This document shows, in pieces, positions 1 to 16,216 of a DNA stretch of 64,000 bases. Both the position numbers and the translations under genes were made by a program. The notes under the pieces are model-generated. The model did no database searches. It saw nothing but the letters and a program-made list of their open reading frames with translations, and was not told the origin of the DNA. Source of the stretch: Chrysemys picta bellii (Eukaryota). Positions within the stretch are counted from its first letter, which is position 1. Each line of letters opens with the position of its first letter. Where the stretch lies: contig NC_088813.1 in the NCBI RefSeq assembly GCF_011386835.1, forward strand, positions 13,702,001-13,766,000, written 5' to 3'.

Positions 1-773
1 AGTTATTTGTATTGTTTTGTCTTTAAATGGGAAAAGGTTGGGAGCACTGACAGATCGCGGAAGGCCTTGACGATGCGAAATTACGCCAATGACTCAGAGG
101 AGGAAGAGAACTGAAAGCCATTTCTCTGACGGTGTGAAGCTCTGAAGAGTTTATGAAGTGACTGTGATGAAATGGAGACCAAGTTAGCTTTACTCTCTGT
201 GCAGTGGTCGATAACATAAGCACCTTGATCAAATCCAAGGACTTTTAAAAATGCTTGTTTTAAACAATAAGAATGCCTTCATTATCTGGGCTTTGTAAAG
301 CAGGCTTCAGGTGAACAATGAGTCCGATACATTCATAATATATTTTTTAAAATATAAATTTAATATAAACCCTTTTTTTTTTTCCTTTCTTGGGGAAGGT
401 GCTTGGGGAAGAAGATGGGAAATGCGTGGGCCTACATTTTTTTAATTTCAACAGTCAAGGAGCTGGTTTGTATCTGAAATGGGGGGAAGCAAATCATTTT
501 TACTGTATAGAATAAGTTTTACTCTACCGTGAAAGGGGAGTCCTTCCAAACACCTCTGCAGCTGAGAGACTAGCTGGGTTCTCAGTTAAGTAGTAAGTCT
601 CAATCCGGGAGGGACATTGGCTCAGAACATTTGGTAGTAATTTATTATCCAGTAAGTGCTGAACAAGACAAGTTAAGGATAGTCCCTGCTCTGAAGAGCT
701 TACAGTAAGAAGCACACACAGAAGAAAAGACATTCTGGAAAAACTGAGAAGGAGATAAGTATGAACCATTTAG

Positions 774-779
774 TTTATT
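774..779 (-). terminator. Candidate polyadenylation signal for TMEM234
   Basis: TTTATT on + (AATAAA on -), ~650 nt downstream of the TMEM234 stop. Usage is not demonstrable from sequence. Confidence 0.35.
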
Positions 780-1425
780 CAGCCTTTGTGTTCTAGAAAT
801 ACTGTGATGTAGCAATTAGAGTATAGGAGGGAGTCTTAGTGCGGTAGCTTCCTCTGTAAATAAGCTTGGTGAACCATTTTCTGCTGTCCTGTGTCAAATA
901 TTCCACTGATATATGATTTTTTTTTTTTTCAAATTCTAAAATGTACTATCTAGTGATGAGATGACCCTTCAACTCTGCAACCTGGTTGTTTACATTTTTT
1001 TACATAGTAAACTCTGGTTCCAAATCCCTCACTGTGTGGGTGGAGATGTACAATAAAGGGAGATTACACCATGGACTCCAGCAGTATGGAACTTTGGGAG
1101 ACCTAGAAGGGAGGTCCGAGGAAGATCAGGACACTAATTTTTTGCATAGGGTTCTGTACCCAAATAAAGTATTGGGGGCTCAAACCCCAAATCTTTGAGG
1201 CTTAGTGTCCCAAAAGAACAAGACCCCAACCTTGAAAAGGCAAAGAGACTCCAACAACTGTTTTCAGAAATCTTCTTCTTTAGGTATCAAAATTCACCCT
1301 TCCACGTTGCCTTGGTTCTAGATCACACCGCTCGTGGCTGATTTGGGTCCAGAGAGGCAGGGGTACCCATCCCCAAACAATGGCATTACCTTCTGCACAT
1401 TTTTTCTTCTTCCACTCTGTGTTTC

Positions 1426-6182
<4,757 letters not shown>

Positions 6183-6295
6183 GGCGGCGCCTGTTCACTT
6201 CCGGCCAGGCCGCGCCCCCTGACCCGGATGTGGTTCCTCCCCCTTCCCTTCACGCGGAGCGCTGCGCAGGCTGTTGCCGGGGCTGAGCAGTCGCC

Positions 6296-9200
6296 ATGGT
6301 GAGTGCGGGGCCGGGAGGCCTCCTGGGCTCGGCGGGAATGGGGGGGCTCTTGGGCGGCGAGACGGCTCTGTGGGGAGTGAGGATTTCACCCTTTTCCCTT
6401 CCCGCGGTGTCATTGCCCCCCCCTGCCCCCGCCGGGCCCGGAGCCCCTCCCCGCGGTGTCATTGCCCCCCCCCCCTTCCCCCCGCCGGGCCCGGAGCCCC
6501 TCCCCGCGGTGTCATTGCCCCCCCCCCTTCCCCCCGCCGGGCCCGGAGCCCCTCCCCGCGGTGTCATTGCCCCCCCCCCTTCCCCCCGCCGGGCCCGGAG
6601 CCCCTCCCCGCGGTGTCATTGCCCCCCCTTCCCCCCGCCGGGCCCGGAGCCCCTCCCCGCGGTGTCATTGCCCCCTCCTCCCCCCGCCGGGCCCGGAGCC
6701 CCTCCCCGCGGTGTCATTGTCCCCTCCTCCCCCCGCCGGGCCCGGAGCCCCTCCCCGCGGTGTCATTGCCCCCCCCTTCCCCCCGCCGGGCCCGGAGCCC
6801 CTCCCCGCGGTGTCATTGCCCCCCCTTCCCCCCGCCGGGCCCGGAGCCCCTCCCCGCGGTGTCATTGCCCCCTCCTCCCCCCGCCGGGCCCGGAGCCCCT
6901 CCCCGCGGTGTCATTGCCCCCTCCTCCCCCCGCCGGGCCCGGAGCCCCTCCGCGCGGTGTCATTGCCCCCCCTTTCTTCTTCCGCCCCCGCCGGGCCCGG
7001 AGCCCCCTTCTTCCTGGCCTGGAGCCTGCCCCCCTAGCATCACGGCCCTTCCTTCTCTCTGGTCCAGAGCGCATCCCCCCGGGTCATGGCCCAGAGCTCC
7101 GCATTATCCCTCTCCCGCTGAGATCCCCTTTGCTGGAGGGGGGTGTCCCAGTGTAACGTGGCACCTGATGCCACTCCAGTGCAATGCGGGTCCCAGTGTG
7201 AGGAGCCACCTGGGCCCTGTGGCACACGGATCCCCACCCTCAAGGTGAGGCAATGCTTGGCACAGCCAGTGATGTGGGGATAAAGCCCCCTGATTGGGTG
7301 GGATCAGCAACCTCCTGAAGTTCTTTCTGGCTCTGCGTGTCTGTGTGTCTAATTCAATCCACAGTCCTCACCGTTTCAACCTGCTGGGCTCAGAAGTGTC
7401 AGGGCTTGTGAGATGACAGGTCCTCTTCCAGGGCTACTCAGTGAGACCTAGCAGCCTGGGAAAATAAACAGCCAGTAGTGCTGTGTGGTTTGGGGACTCT
7501 GGACTCCGCTAAAGTTGACTAACACGCTCACACCAGGGGTGAATTTAGCTCCATCTCTTTGGGGAGATGAGGTTTTCTTATGCAGGTTTCACAGTATAAA
7601 AAGGTAGAAACAGGAGCAAATGGACTAGCTCTAGTTGTGTTTGATGGAAACTCTGTACTTGTGTATTTGCATAAATCGTAAAGCTTGGAGGTTTGTCATT
7701 TTGCTTTAAAATACTGGATTTTTTTTTTTAAATGATCTATCTCCCTTTAGAAACCTATCCTGCTGCAAGGTCATGAGAGGTCCATTACTCAAATCAAATA
7801 TAACCGTGAAGGAGACCTACTCTTTACAGTAGCCAAAGATCCTGTAAGTATTCCAGCGCCTTTGAGTTAAGTGTTTCATGTGTCTCAAACTTTTCTTTTG
7901 GGGGGGGGGGGCAGGAAGAGAACTTAAACAGGATTCTAAGAACATGAACATTCTTGCAGCCTGTTTAATATTATGGTGAGGTGTCACAAAACCACACCTG
8001 AGATGGGGTCAATTTTTAGTTTAACAAGTTGTTATAGTGACTCCCTTTTGCAAGAGGCTGGGATTTAGGAGTAGCCATGGGTTTCCATCTTTCTAACCTA
8101 TCCCACAGAGAGTTCTCAGTCCTGCATTGTAGCTCTATCAGTGTTTGGCTTTTACAGAGACTTTGTATAAAAATTGGTAATTAAACTGTATTTTATCATC
8201 TGTATAGTCTGAAAATCCATTTTGTCCAGGGTGTTGGATGTACCTCTCTTCTCCTATACCCGGAAACAATTATTCCCATTCCTAGAAACCTTCCATGTTT
8301 CCTGTTCAGTTCGAGATCTAGTATAAAACCAACCTGCCTCCTCTTCAGGATTCCTCACAGAATTGTTTTTCTACATCTAGCACTTCTTTGTGTTCTCAGT
8401 GTCTCCTCTGTCTTACTTGAACAGCATCTATTTCTTCCTCCTCTCCCTGTGTTCCCCCTTAGGCTGTCCCAGGAGTGAGATTTTATTGCCTTTCTCCCCT
8501 CTGATTCTTTTCAAATCCTATTTCCAGACCCATGTAGAGCGCCATCTCTGCCTGGCTTTCAACATCTATTCTGTCTAGCTGCATTTATAAAGTACATGTT
8601 GACATACCATCTAGACATAGCAGCTCTTAACACAAAAGGTGCACCATACTCCTGGTGTATCCATGCTCATTCATTCTCTACATAATTTGACCTCTCCACC
8701 CTTTAACATTCCTGTCCTACTACCTCTAGTGATGTTGCCCATTAGCTATATTCTACCGCATGTGCTCCTGTTCGTATGTGCAGTGATATAGACTTGAGAT
8801 ACTCCAAGATGAGACCATATGGAAATAAATTGCATTCATTTATTTAGCAACTTGTTCTAAAGTGGCTGCTTGACTAAATGTTTTGCTTTCCCAGATTGTC
8901 AATGTCTGGTACTCAATCAATGGAGAGAGGCTTGGCACTTACACTGGCCACACTGGAGCTGTCTGGTGTGTGGATGCAGATTGTATCCTTTGGTGACTGA
9001 AACCTGTCTGTCTGCTTGTTTTATGATGATTCTTCTCGTGTGAAGTGGGATGTTTTTATTGTGGACACTAGGTGGCAGGCACTACAATGAGTGATTTTAT
9101 TGCTGGTATCCTGGTCTTTTAATTACTCTCCACTGGCTTCTCCTTCTCTCCTCCCCCTCCCCCTCCACCCCCCCAATTTGAAATAGTACATAAACTGTAG

Positions 9201-12200
9201 GCCATTGTGTTCCACCCTCACTTATTCAGACAGCACTTTTTACTAACCTACTGTGCTCAGGTTCACAGGGCTCTGGAGTTCTTAGAAGATGCCTGAATTT
9301 CAAAGTGACCTTCTGTCACCAATGCAGATAGGTGATAAAATAGTTACATTAATGCAGGTTTCTTGCATTTAAGAGTTGAACTCCTTAATGCCCCAGAGCA
9401 GGAAATTCAAAGTTATGGTTCCCTCTGTGTATGTGCCTGGACATAGTATGTTGGAATGAAAGTTATTTCATCTGCATGATTTTTTTTTCTGATTCTAGAT
9501 AAATACTGTAGCTACTGCATATCTTGTGTATTTATGTATCCTACGGCAAAATGTGGATATTGGCCTTTAGGGGTGATGGGGTGTGAGAATTTGTTGGCAT
9601 TCCCTAACTGATGATGCAGGGGACACAAGACACGTGCTTACTGGCTCGGCAGACAACTCCTGCCGGCTCTGGGACTGCGAAACAGGTAGGACAAGAATAT
9701 TGGGGTGAGAGGGAGTCTTTAACTATTCTCTAATGAGAGAGTTTTATCTATGAAATCTATTTGCCTTGAGATGTGTGGCAGGGAAATAAGGTAGGATTCT
9801 AATTCTACTTTAGGACCAGTGGTGAAGCTGGGTTTGGTCTCATTCTGACCCTTACCAACTAATGAATATTCTTTTGTAACTCCCTCACTATCCAGACTGG
9901 CAGGAAGTAACAGTGTCTGCCCTGAAAAGGCCAGGGATTGCTGGTGTAGGTTAGGATTGAGGTGCATTGGCAGAGTGGCGTGTGGGTAGCTTGTGCAGAA
10001 TAATTTGCTTTATCTCTGGCCAGCATCCTAACTTTCATGAGTGCCTAATTCATCCAGAATTTTAAAGAAAACCATCTATGTGCACATATGGGTTTCCCGG
10101 TCTTGTAAATCATATTTCAGTGGATGAACTGGTGTCATCCTGTGGGTAGGAAAGGTGTCTGGCAGGAGGTCCACAGAAAGACAGCATGCTTCTTTGACCT
10201 ATAGCATTGAGACTCACTTGTCACAGCTCAGAACAGAACTTGCTGGCCTAGCTAAATACTCAGTGGAAAGATGAGCAATGAGAATAGACAGAGATGTGCG
10301 TTAAGTGGTTGACAGATTGATCATAGCTGATGGCAAGACCCAGGCTGAGTTTCCGGTCTTTGCTTAGCGAAATGTATGTGATGAAATGGATGGTGTTCGC
10401 TAATCTTATGACTTGTAAAATCCGGGGAGGATTTTTCACAAGCACTTTGGAAAATTAAGAAATGCTTTGTACAGACTCTAGCCCCCTCTTGCTCTGAGCA
10501 TTGCATACTGGCTAGCTCAGCGCTGCAATTCCCCCTGCAGAAGGGAGGGGTGACGGTAAGGGATGAGGATGTCCGGTGCAATCTAACAGGTTCTCTCCTG
10601 CATCTAGGAAAGCAGCTTGCACTGGTGAAGACAAACTCAGCTGTGCGAACCTGCGGCTTTGACTTTGGAGGAAACATCATCATGTTCTCCACAGATAAGC
10701 AGATGGGGTATCAGTGTTTTGTTAGCTTCTTCGACCTTCGTGACCCCAGCCAGATTGGTAAGGAATTCAGGCAAATACCTGCATGGAAGATGGGGGACTG
10801 TGGGAAAACTTGGATCACCTGCAAATCAGAGTCATTTGTCTAACTCTTCCCTTCCTCTCTGCAGAAAGCGATGAGCCTTACATGAAAATCCCATGCAATG
10901 AGTCTAAAATCACTAGCGCTGTGTGGGGCCCTCTCGGTGAATTCATCATCGCAGGGCACGAGAATGGAGAGCTGAACCAGTTCAGTGCCAAGGTTATTGT
11001 CATGAGGAGCAGTGTGCTCCTCTTTAATTGAGGACAGAGAGGGGGTGGGTGCCACAAGATACCTGTAGCGGCCACAGGGAGGAGTGTTGAGCCAGAAGTC
11101 AAACCAGACACTGCTTGGTGTAGCCAGAAGGCTACCAGCTGAAGTACACAGCTATGGAGGGCTGGTCTAAACTGCTGCTTAAGTTGATGTAACTCACATT
11201 GCTCAGGGGTGTGAAAAAGATGTAGTGCTCTAGTGTAGACGTGCCCGGAGTGTCTGTTTGGGCTGCAGTCCGGACATGGATGAGACCACCATTGCAGAGT
11301 GGTGGTTTAGAGCCATAGAGTTTAAGGCCAAAAAGGACCACCATATAATTCACTGGGGATGCTAGGTGTAACTGGGACCTCTGTGCATGAGGGATGGTTT
11401 GCACCTCTCAGCAATGGCTCGTAGCATTAATTCTGTCTTGTGTTTATGCCCCAGTCAGGGGAGGTCCTTGTGAATGTCAAGGAGCACACCAAGCAGATCA
11501 ATGACATCCAGACCTCCAGGGACATGACCATGTTTATCACTGCCTCCAAGGACAACTCAGCCAAGGTGAGACCTCCCTTCCCTACCTCAGTGGACCCCAC
11601 TGACTGATGGCCCTGAGAGCAAATGCAAAAGATATTGCTGCCTTGAATGTCTATTTCCTTGTCCCTAGAAACTTATGAGGAACTATGGAGCCAAGTTGTC
11701 TCTGTCTCAAAGTAGACATCTGCTTAGCGGGACAAGCCCAGTAAAGTGGGGGGGGCTTACCTTGGCCAGATGAACAGGCACAGATGATGCAGTGATTTCA
11801 AGTGTGCTGTCTCAGGCACCAGCTGCAGAGGGGCTTGTGTGCTCCAAGTTGTGTGCTCAGATGTGTTTGGGCCTTGGCACTCCTGTCACTAACTACTTCA
11901 GGGGCGATGGAGTCGCCTGTGGAGGCGAGGCAGAGCTCCAGGGCTTTAGGAGGGGGTTGGCTTTCCACTCTATGCTCCCAGCGTTGGGAGCCTGCTTGTA
12001 AATGGCTGTTCTTCCCATTCAGCATCAGAATAACCAACTTTGCCTCTTGCCTTCTAGCTGTTTGACTCCACGACACTCGAGCATCAGAAGTCGTTCCGGA
12101 CCGAGCGGCCTGTCAACTCTGCAGCTCTTTCCCCCATCTTTGATCACGTAAGCTAACTGATACGAGTGGCATTAGTTTCACTGCGGTCATGTCTTAGATG

Positions 12201-15116
12201 ACTTTTTTTCCCCTGGCCCCCACGTTGTTCCAGGGATTCTAGAACAGTTATCAAAGTTTGGGTGACAGGATATGACTTTAGAGTGTAGTGTGCAGGGAGG
12301 GGATTGGCGTGGATGCAAGGCATAGACAGGTTTTGGGTGGCTTTCCAGGGGGGTTGTGGGGGCCAGGGTTCAAATCCTAGGAATCTTGTAATTCGCTCCT
12401 ATGACTGGGTCATCTCCATCCTTCAGGGATTAATGCAGGACTGTTCTCCACAGTGCACTCTTCATTCTAGTTCTAGGCATCCCTCATGAAGTGTGGAGGG
12501 TCTCTGGCTCATTCATGCATCATCTTCCCTCTGTATGCACCCCTGGTTTGGGTTTAATGGCGCCTTTAGTATTGCATCCCAAAGCCTCTTCCCTCTTCCC
12601 CCCTCTAAATCCTGGTGTTACATTCCCTTTATGTCGCCTCTGAGATGTTAGGTGAGATCAGGAAGTGCTGATCACGTGATTGTGGCAGACTGCTCCATTA
12701 TACACCACCCTGTACAGGGGAGGTGTGAATTGAAAGAAGACACTTCTCAATTAAAATAGTTTACTCCAGTGTTGCTTCTGACAAAGGCAACGTGGAGGGG
12801 GGGAGGGGGATTATTTCAGTTTCCTGAGCGCTGAAATCTGCAGCAGCAGCAACCAGGCGGCTGGGAACCGCCCCCCATCTCAGTCTGTCAGGGGAGCAGA
12901 GAGCACTTATGAGCCTGGCCTGCCCTGTGTTGTTTATGCTGGCAACAGCTAAAAACATCTCTGATATCGCAGCACTGGCAGGCAGTACTAGCTAGAGGTC
13001 AGTTGGTGTTTCTGTAATATCCCTCCCCTGCCACCAACTCCTCCATCTGCAGGGAGTGAGAGTGTTAAGGGGAGAGAAGCATTGCAGGACTGGAGAGTGC
13101 AGTGTGAGAATGGAGACTGGGGGTTTTGAAGAAGCCTAAGGGATTTGGGCACCCAGCACTCACTGAATTCCCATGGGAGCTGTGTGCTGAATTCTCTTAG
13201 GCGCCTTTGAAAATCCTGACTGAACAGGGTTCCCACGCCTCTGGCTGGATCGGGAAGTGTGTGTATAAAACAGGTAACATGAGAACACACAGAACTGAGA
13301 CACTGAACGTTGGACGGGTGACAACCTCGCTTCTAGTGCACAAAGAGCCCAGGAACTGACACCATCTCTTGCACTGTGGTACTGAGTGCTAAGCCTCCAG
13401 TTCATGGCTTATTAAATGCTCCCCTTTTAGCAAATGTGTCTTGGAGGCAAGATGGGAGCTCTCTAATAGTACTGCTCCAGCCACTGATACCAGCTGGGAG
13501 AGGAGAACATTTCCCACTAGTCTTTGCTCTGCTGCTATACTGAGCTTCTAGATCCTGGCTCTCGCCAAGCGAGAGTGACTGGAGCAGCATCTGAGAGTGT
13601 TTGGCTTCTTCCTATTTGCAGGTAGTATTGGGTGGTGGACAAGAAGCCATGGATGTGACCACAACCTCTACCAGGATTGGCAAATTCGAGGCAAGGTTGG
13701 TCCTTCTTGTTCCTTCAATGTGGAGGGAGATTTGGGTGTGTTCGTAGCAGCCTGAAGACACCTTTCCTGGTACTTTTTGGGTGAAATGCAGGCCAGACTT
13801 TGTTCTGACATAACTGGAGCTCTGAGCCTCTTGGAATAACCAAAACCATCTTCTTTGTTCCTAGGTTCTTCCACCTGGGTGTTGAAGAAGAGTTTGGGAG
13901 AATCAAGGGTCATTTTGGTCCAATAAACAGTGTTGCTTTCCATCCTGACGGAAAGAGGTAGGGATCTCGCTGGGGTTCCCTGGGCTTTTGAAAACCAGTG
14001 GTGGTGCTGACTGAAATGCTGGCTAGGGTCAGGCATGTGCTAGATGCATTTCCCCCCCTACAGTACAACTAGGCCTTGCCTGCTTCCCCTGTAGCACCCA
14101 GCTACACTCTGCCAATAGACCTTAGTTCTGACCTGCAGCACCCCCAGCTTGGTCACGTCATGGACTTCTCATGCTGACACACACCATCCCTGCTGTTCCA
14201 ATACCAATCCCCCTCCTCTTGAGATGTAGAGAACCCAAGGCCAACTAGTACACCCTCCCTGCCCTGTAGGGGGACCGCCAGCCTCTTTGGAAGTATTGGC
14301 TCTTGGTTAAGATCTAGTGTAGGTGGTCCAGAGACATCTACACGGGACATCGCCAGTATCAGGTCGAGTAACCGAGACCGCCAACCAGGGAAATAACCCA
14401 CTTCCTTCCCTGACGAACCAAGGGACGCACCCCACCCCACCCACTTATTCCCTACACCAATACTGACATGGACTCTTAATACATTCCATGGGTGGCATAC
14501 CCGAGCCCACTTATTCACCGACGCTTTAAAAACTCCCGCACCCCAATCCGGATCTCTGCTGGTTATGTGATATGTTTGTAGCTGATACTTGCAATCCCCC
14601 ATAACCCAAGCCCGACCCCAGATGTACAGGACCTTCCCTCTTAACTTTGATTTTAAACATTAACTTTAATTTATCTTAGTATGGGAGACAACCTGCCCTA
14701 GCAGAGGGGACAGATGCGTCCAATAGGTCTCTTCTATCTTTACCAGCTGATCCTATATATCCGGTAATAGCTTTCTGCAAATATCCATCCTAGGCCTAGA
14801 CTCACTAGCTCTTGGCTCCCACATCCTCATAGAGATGAGACCCTCTGAGGTCTGCTAACCCAAAATCTTTACTGGGTTACATCCCCTGATTATACCGTTG
14901 TCCCATATCAAAATCCTTTACTAGATGAAGTGGGGGTTACTAGCCTGGGTTTTAGAAAGGGGTGTCATTGACCTCAAACTCTTGAGGTCCCAGTGTGGGG
15001 CAGTGGTTTCATCTGGCTTTCTCTCCCCATGCAGTTACAGCAGTGGCGGTGAAGATGGTTACGTTCGCATCCATTACTTCGACCCACAGTACTTCGAGTT
15101 CGAATTTGAAGCTTGA
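6296..15116 (+). CDS. EIF3I: Eukaryotic translation initiation factor 3 subunit I (WD40), 325 aa; join(6296..6298,7751..7843,8895..8982,9620..9685,10608..10757,10865..10992,11455..11565,12058..12147,13622..13695,13865..13957,15035..15116)
   Basis: Eleven exons total 978 nt in frame: M|[31 protein letters not shown]|[29 protein letters not shown]|W...[25 protein letters not shown]. Near-identical to vertebrate eIF3i. Exon 1 contributes only the ATG. Confidence 0.98.
6401..7010. repeat. GC-rich minisatellite, 12 copies of a ~50-bp unit (CCCGCGGTGTCATTGCCCCCCCYTYCCCCCGCCGGGCCCGGAGCCCCTC)
   Basis: The core GCGGTGTCATTG was counted 12 times at ~50-bp spacing in EIF3I intron 1. Confidence 0.95.
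8983..9619 (+). other. U12-type (minor spliceosome) GT-AG intron, EIF3I intron 3
   Basis: 5' splice site GTATCCTTT (8983-8991), branch point TTCCCTAAC (9600-9608) close to the CAG acceptor, no polypyrimidine tract. Confidence 0.9.
11159..11246. mobile_element. Short MITE remnant (GGGC..GTCTACACT-type termini, Harbinger-like)
   Basis: Left end gggctggtctaaactg, right end tagtgtagacgtgccc (imperfect inverted termini). Confidence 0.5.
14090..14881. mobile_element. Solo LTR (792 bp) in the last intron of EIF3I
   Basis: Begins TGTAGCACCCAG and ends CTGGGTTACA (TG..CA, imperfect inverted termini). Flanked by a perfect 5-bp TSD TCCCC (14085-14089, 14882-14886). Confidence 0.75.
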
Positions 15117-15443
15117 AGCAGCTCTTGTTTCTTCCCCCACCCTCTTTATTTTATTTTCCCCCCCCACTTTCACTTGTTTTTTTCAACCCCCCCCATTGGC
15201 TCCTCTCCTGGAGTTTTGTCCAGGCTTAAAGTTGGTCTGTTCCAATGGAGCATGGAGCTCTTGGGATTGAGTGCTGAGGGTGTGAGCCTAAAAGAGAAAC
15301 CAGCCTGGAATGGCAGGATCAGCTGCTTTGTCTGAGGTAGTCTGAGTGGTGTGAGACCAGAGGGAAGAATGGGCCAGCTTGCTCCCGGCTGCTATGGACA
15401 CTAACTTCCTGCCCTGCTGGAGATATTTATAAGTCTGTGAGAA

Positions 15444-15472
15444 AATAAACTCAAAAGGAAATGGTAAATAAA
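15444..15472 (+). terminator. Candidate EIF3I polyadenylation signals
   Basis: AATAAA at 15444-15449 and 15467-15472, ~330-350 nt after the stop codon. Confidence 0.6.
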
Positions 15473-16216
15473 AATCTTTTATAACCAGATGAGTTAAAGC
15501 GTCTCAGTCCTTGCGGTGGCTGTGGGTAAACTCAGCTTGGTTCTCTCTGGTTACCCTGGATAAATCTCCTACCCACCCATCACTGTCCAGTGGCATCTCC
15601 CCTTCACTAATACCCAGAATCACTGACTCTGTGAACAAGCCAGAAAACAATTACTGGCTGCTATGTTTCCAGATGACACATGCACATGACCCCATTGCTT
15701 TGTGCAGGAAGGGAGCCTGAGCTGACTTTCCTCATGGAACAGTTGCTTCCCGCACTAGGAAGGTTTTGGTGCTGAATATCTTTTTTTTTTTTTTTTAAAC
15801 TCTGCGACCCCGCATCAGCTGACCGAGGCTCTGAGCCTCAGTGCTGCGGGTTTTTTATTGCAGTGTGGACATGGCCCTGAATATTCCCCACTCAAAAGGA
15901 GGAGAAGTCATGAGTAGAGACCATTTTACTGTAACAAACCTAGTCTGTACTTTGTAACTGCTCAAAGCATTGTGCCACAAGGTTGGGTCCGTGCGTGCCC
16001 CACGTGTCCTCTGATCCTGGTGCGTTCGGCTCAGAGCCTGGCCTGCTGTCCAAATTTGTATTTGGCTTCAACAGGGCCCGTGTGACCAGCACAAAGCCCT
16101 ACTCCCTAAGAGGCAGCGTCTGTCCTCGCTGCCTCTGGAGCAGTCTGAGCGATAGATGGGAGATGTGGCCAAGCCTGAGCCACCAGCCGTTCTGTTGCGG
16201 CCATAAATGTTCTGGT

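Noticed and set aside
6274-7248. Long Pro/Arg-rich ORFs (324, 286 and 193 aa) on + and Gly-rich ORFs on -
   Set aside because: They are translations of the GC-rich ~50-bp VNTR in EIF3I intron 1. The 6296 ATG is the EIF3I start and is followed directly by a GTGAGT donor.
9023-9300. Possible C/D-box snoRNA (ATGATGA at ~9023) in EIF3I intron 3
   Set aside because: No D box (CTGA) at a suitable distance with a terminal stem.
14153-14602. 149-aa minus-strand ORF within the solo LTR
   Set aside because: No recognisable gag/pol/env motif; lies wholly inside an LTR-bounded segment.
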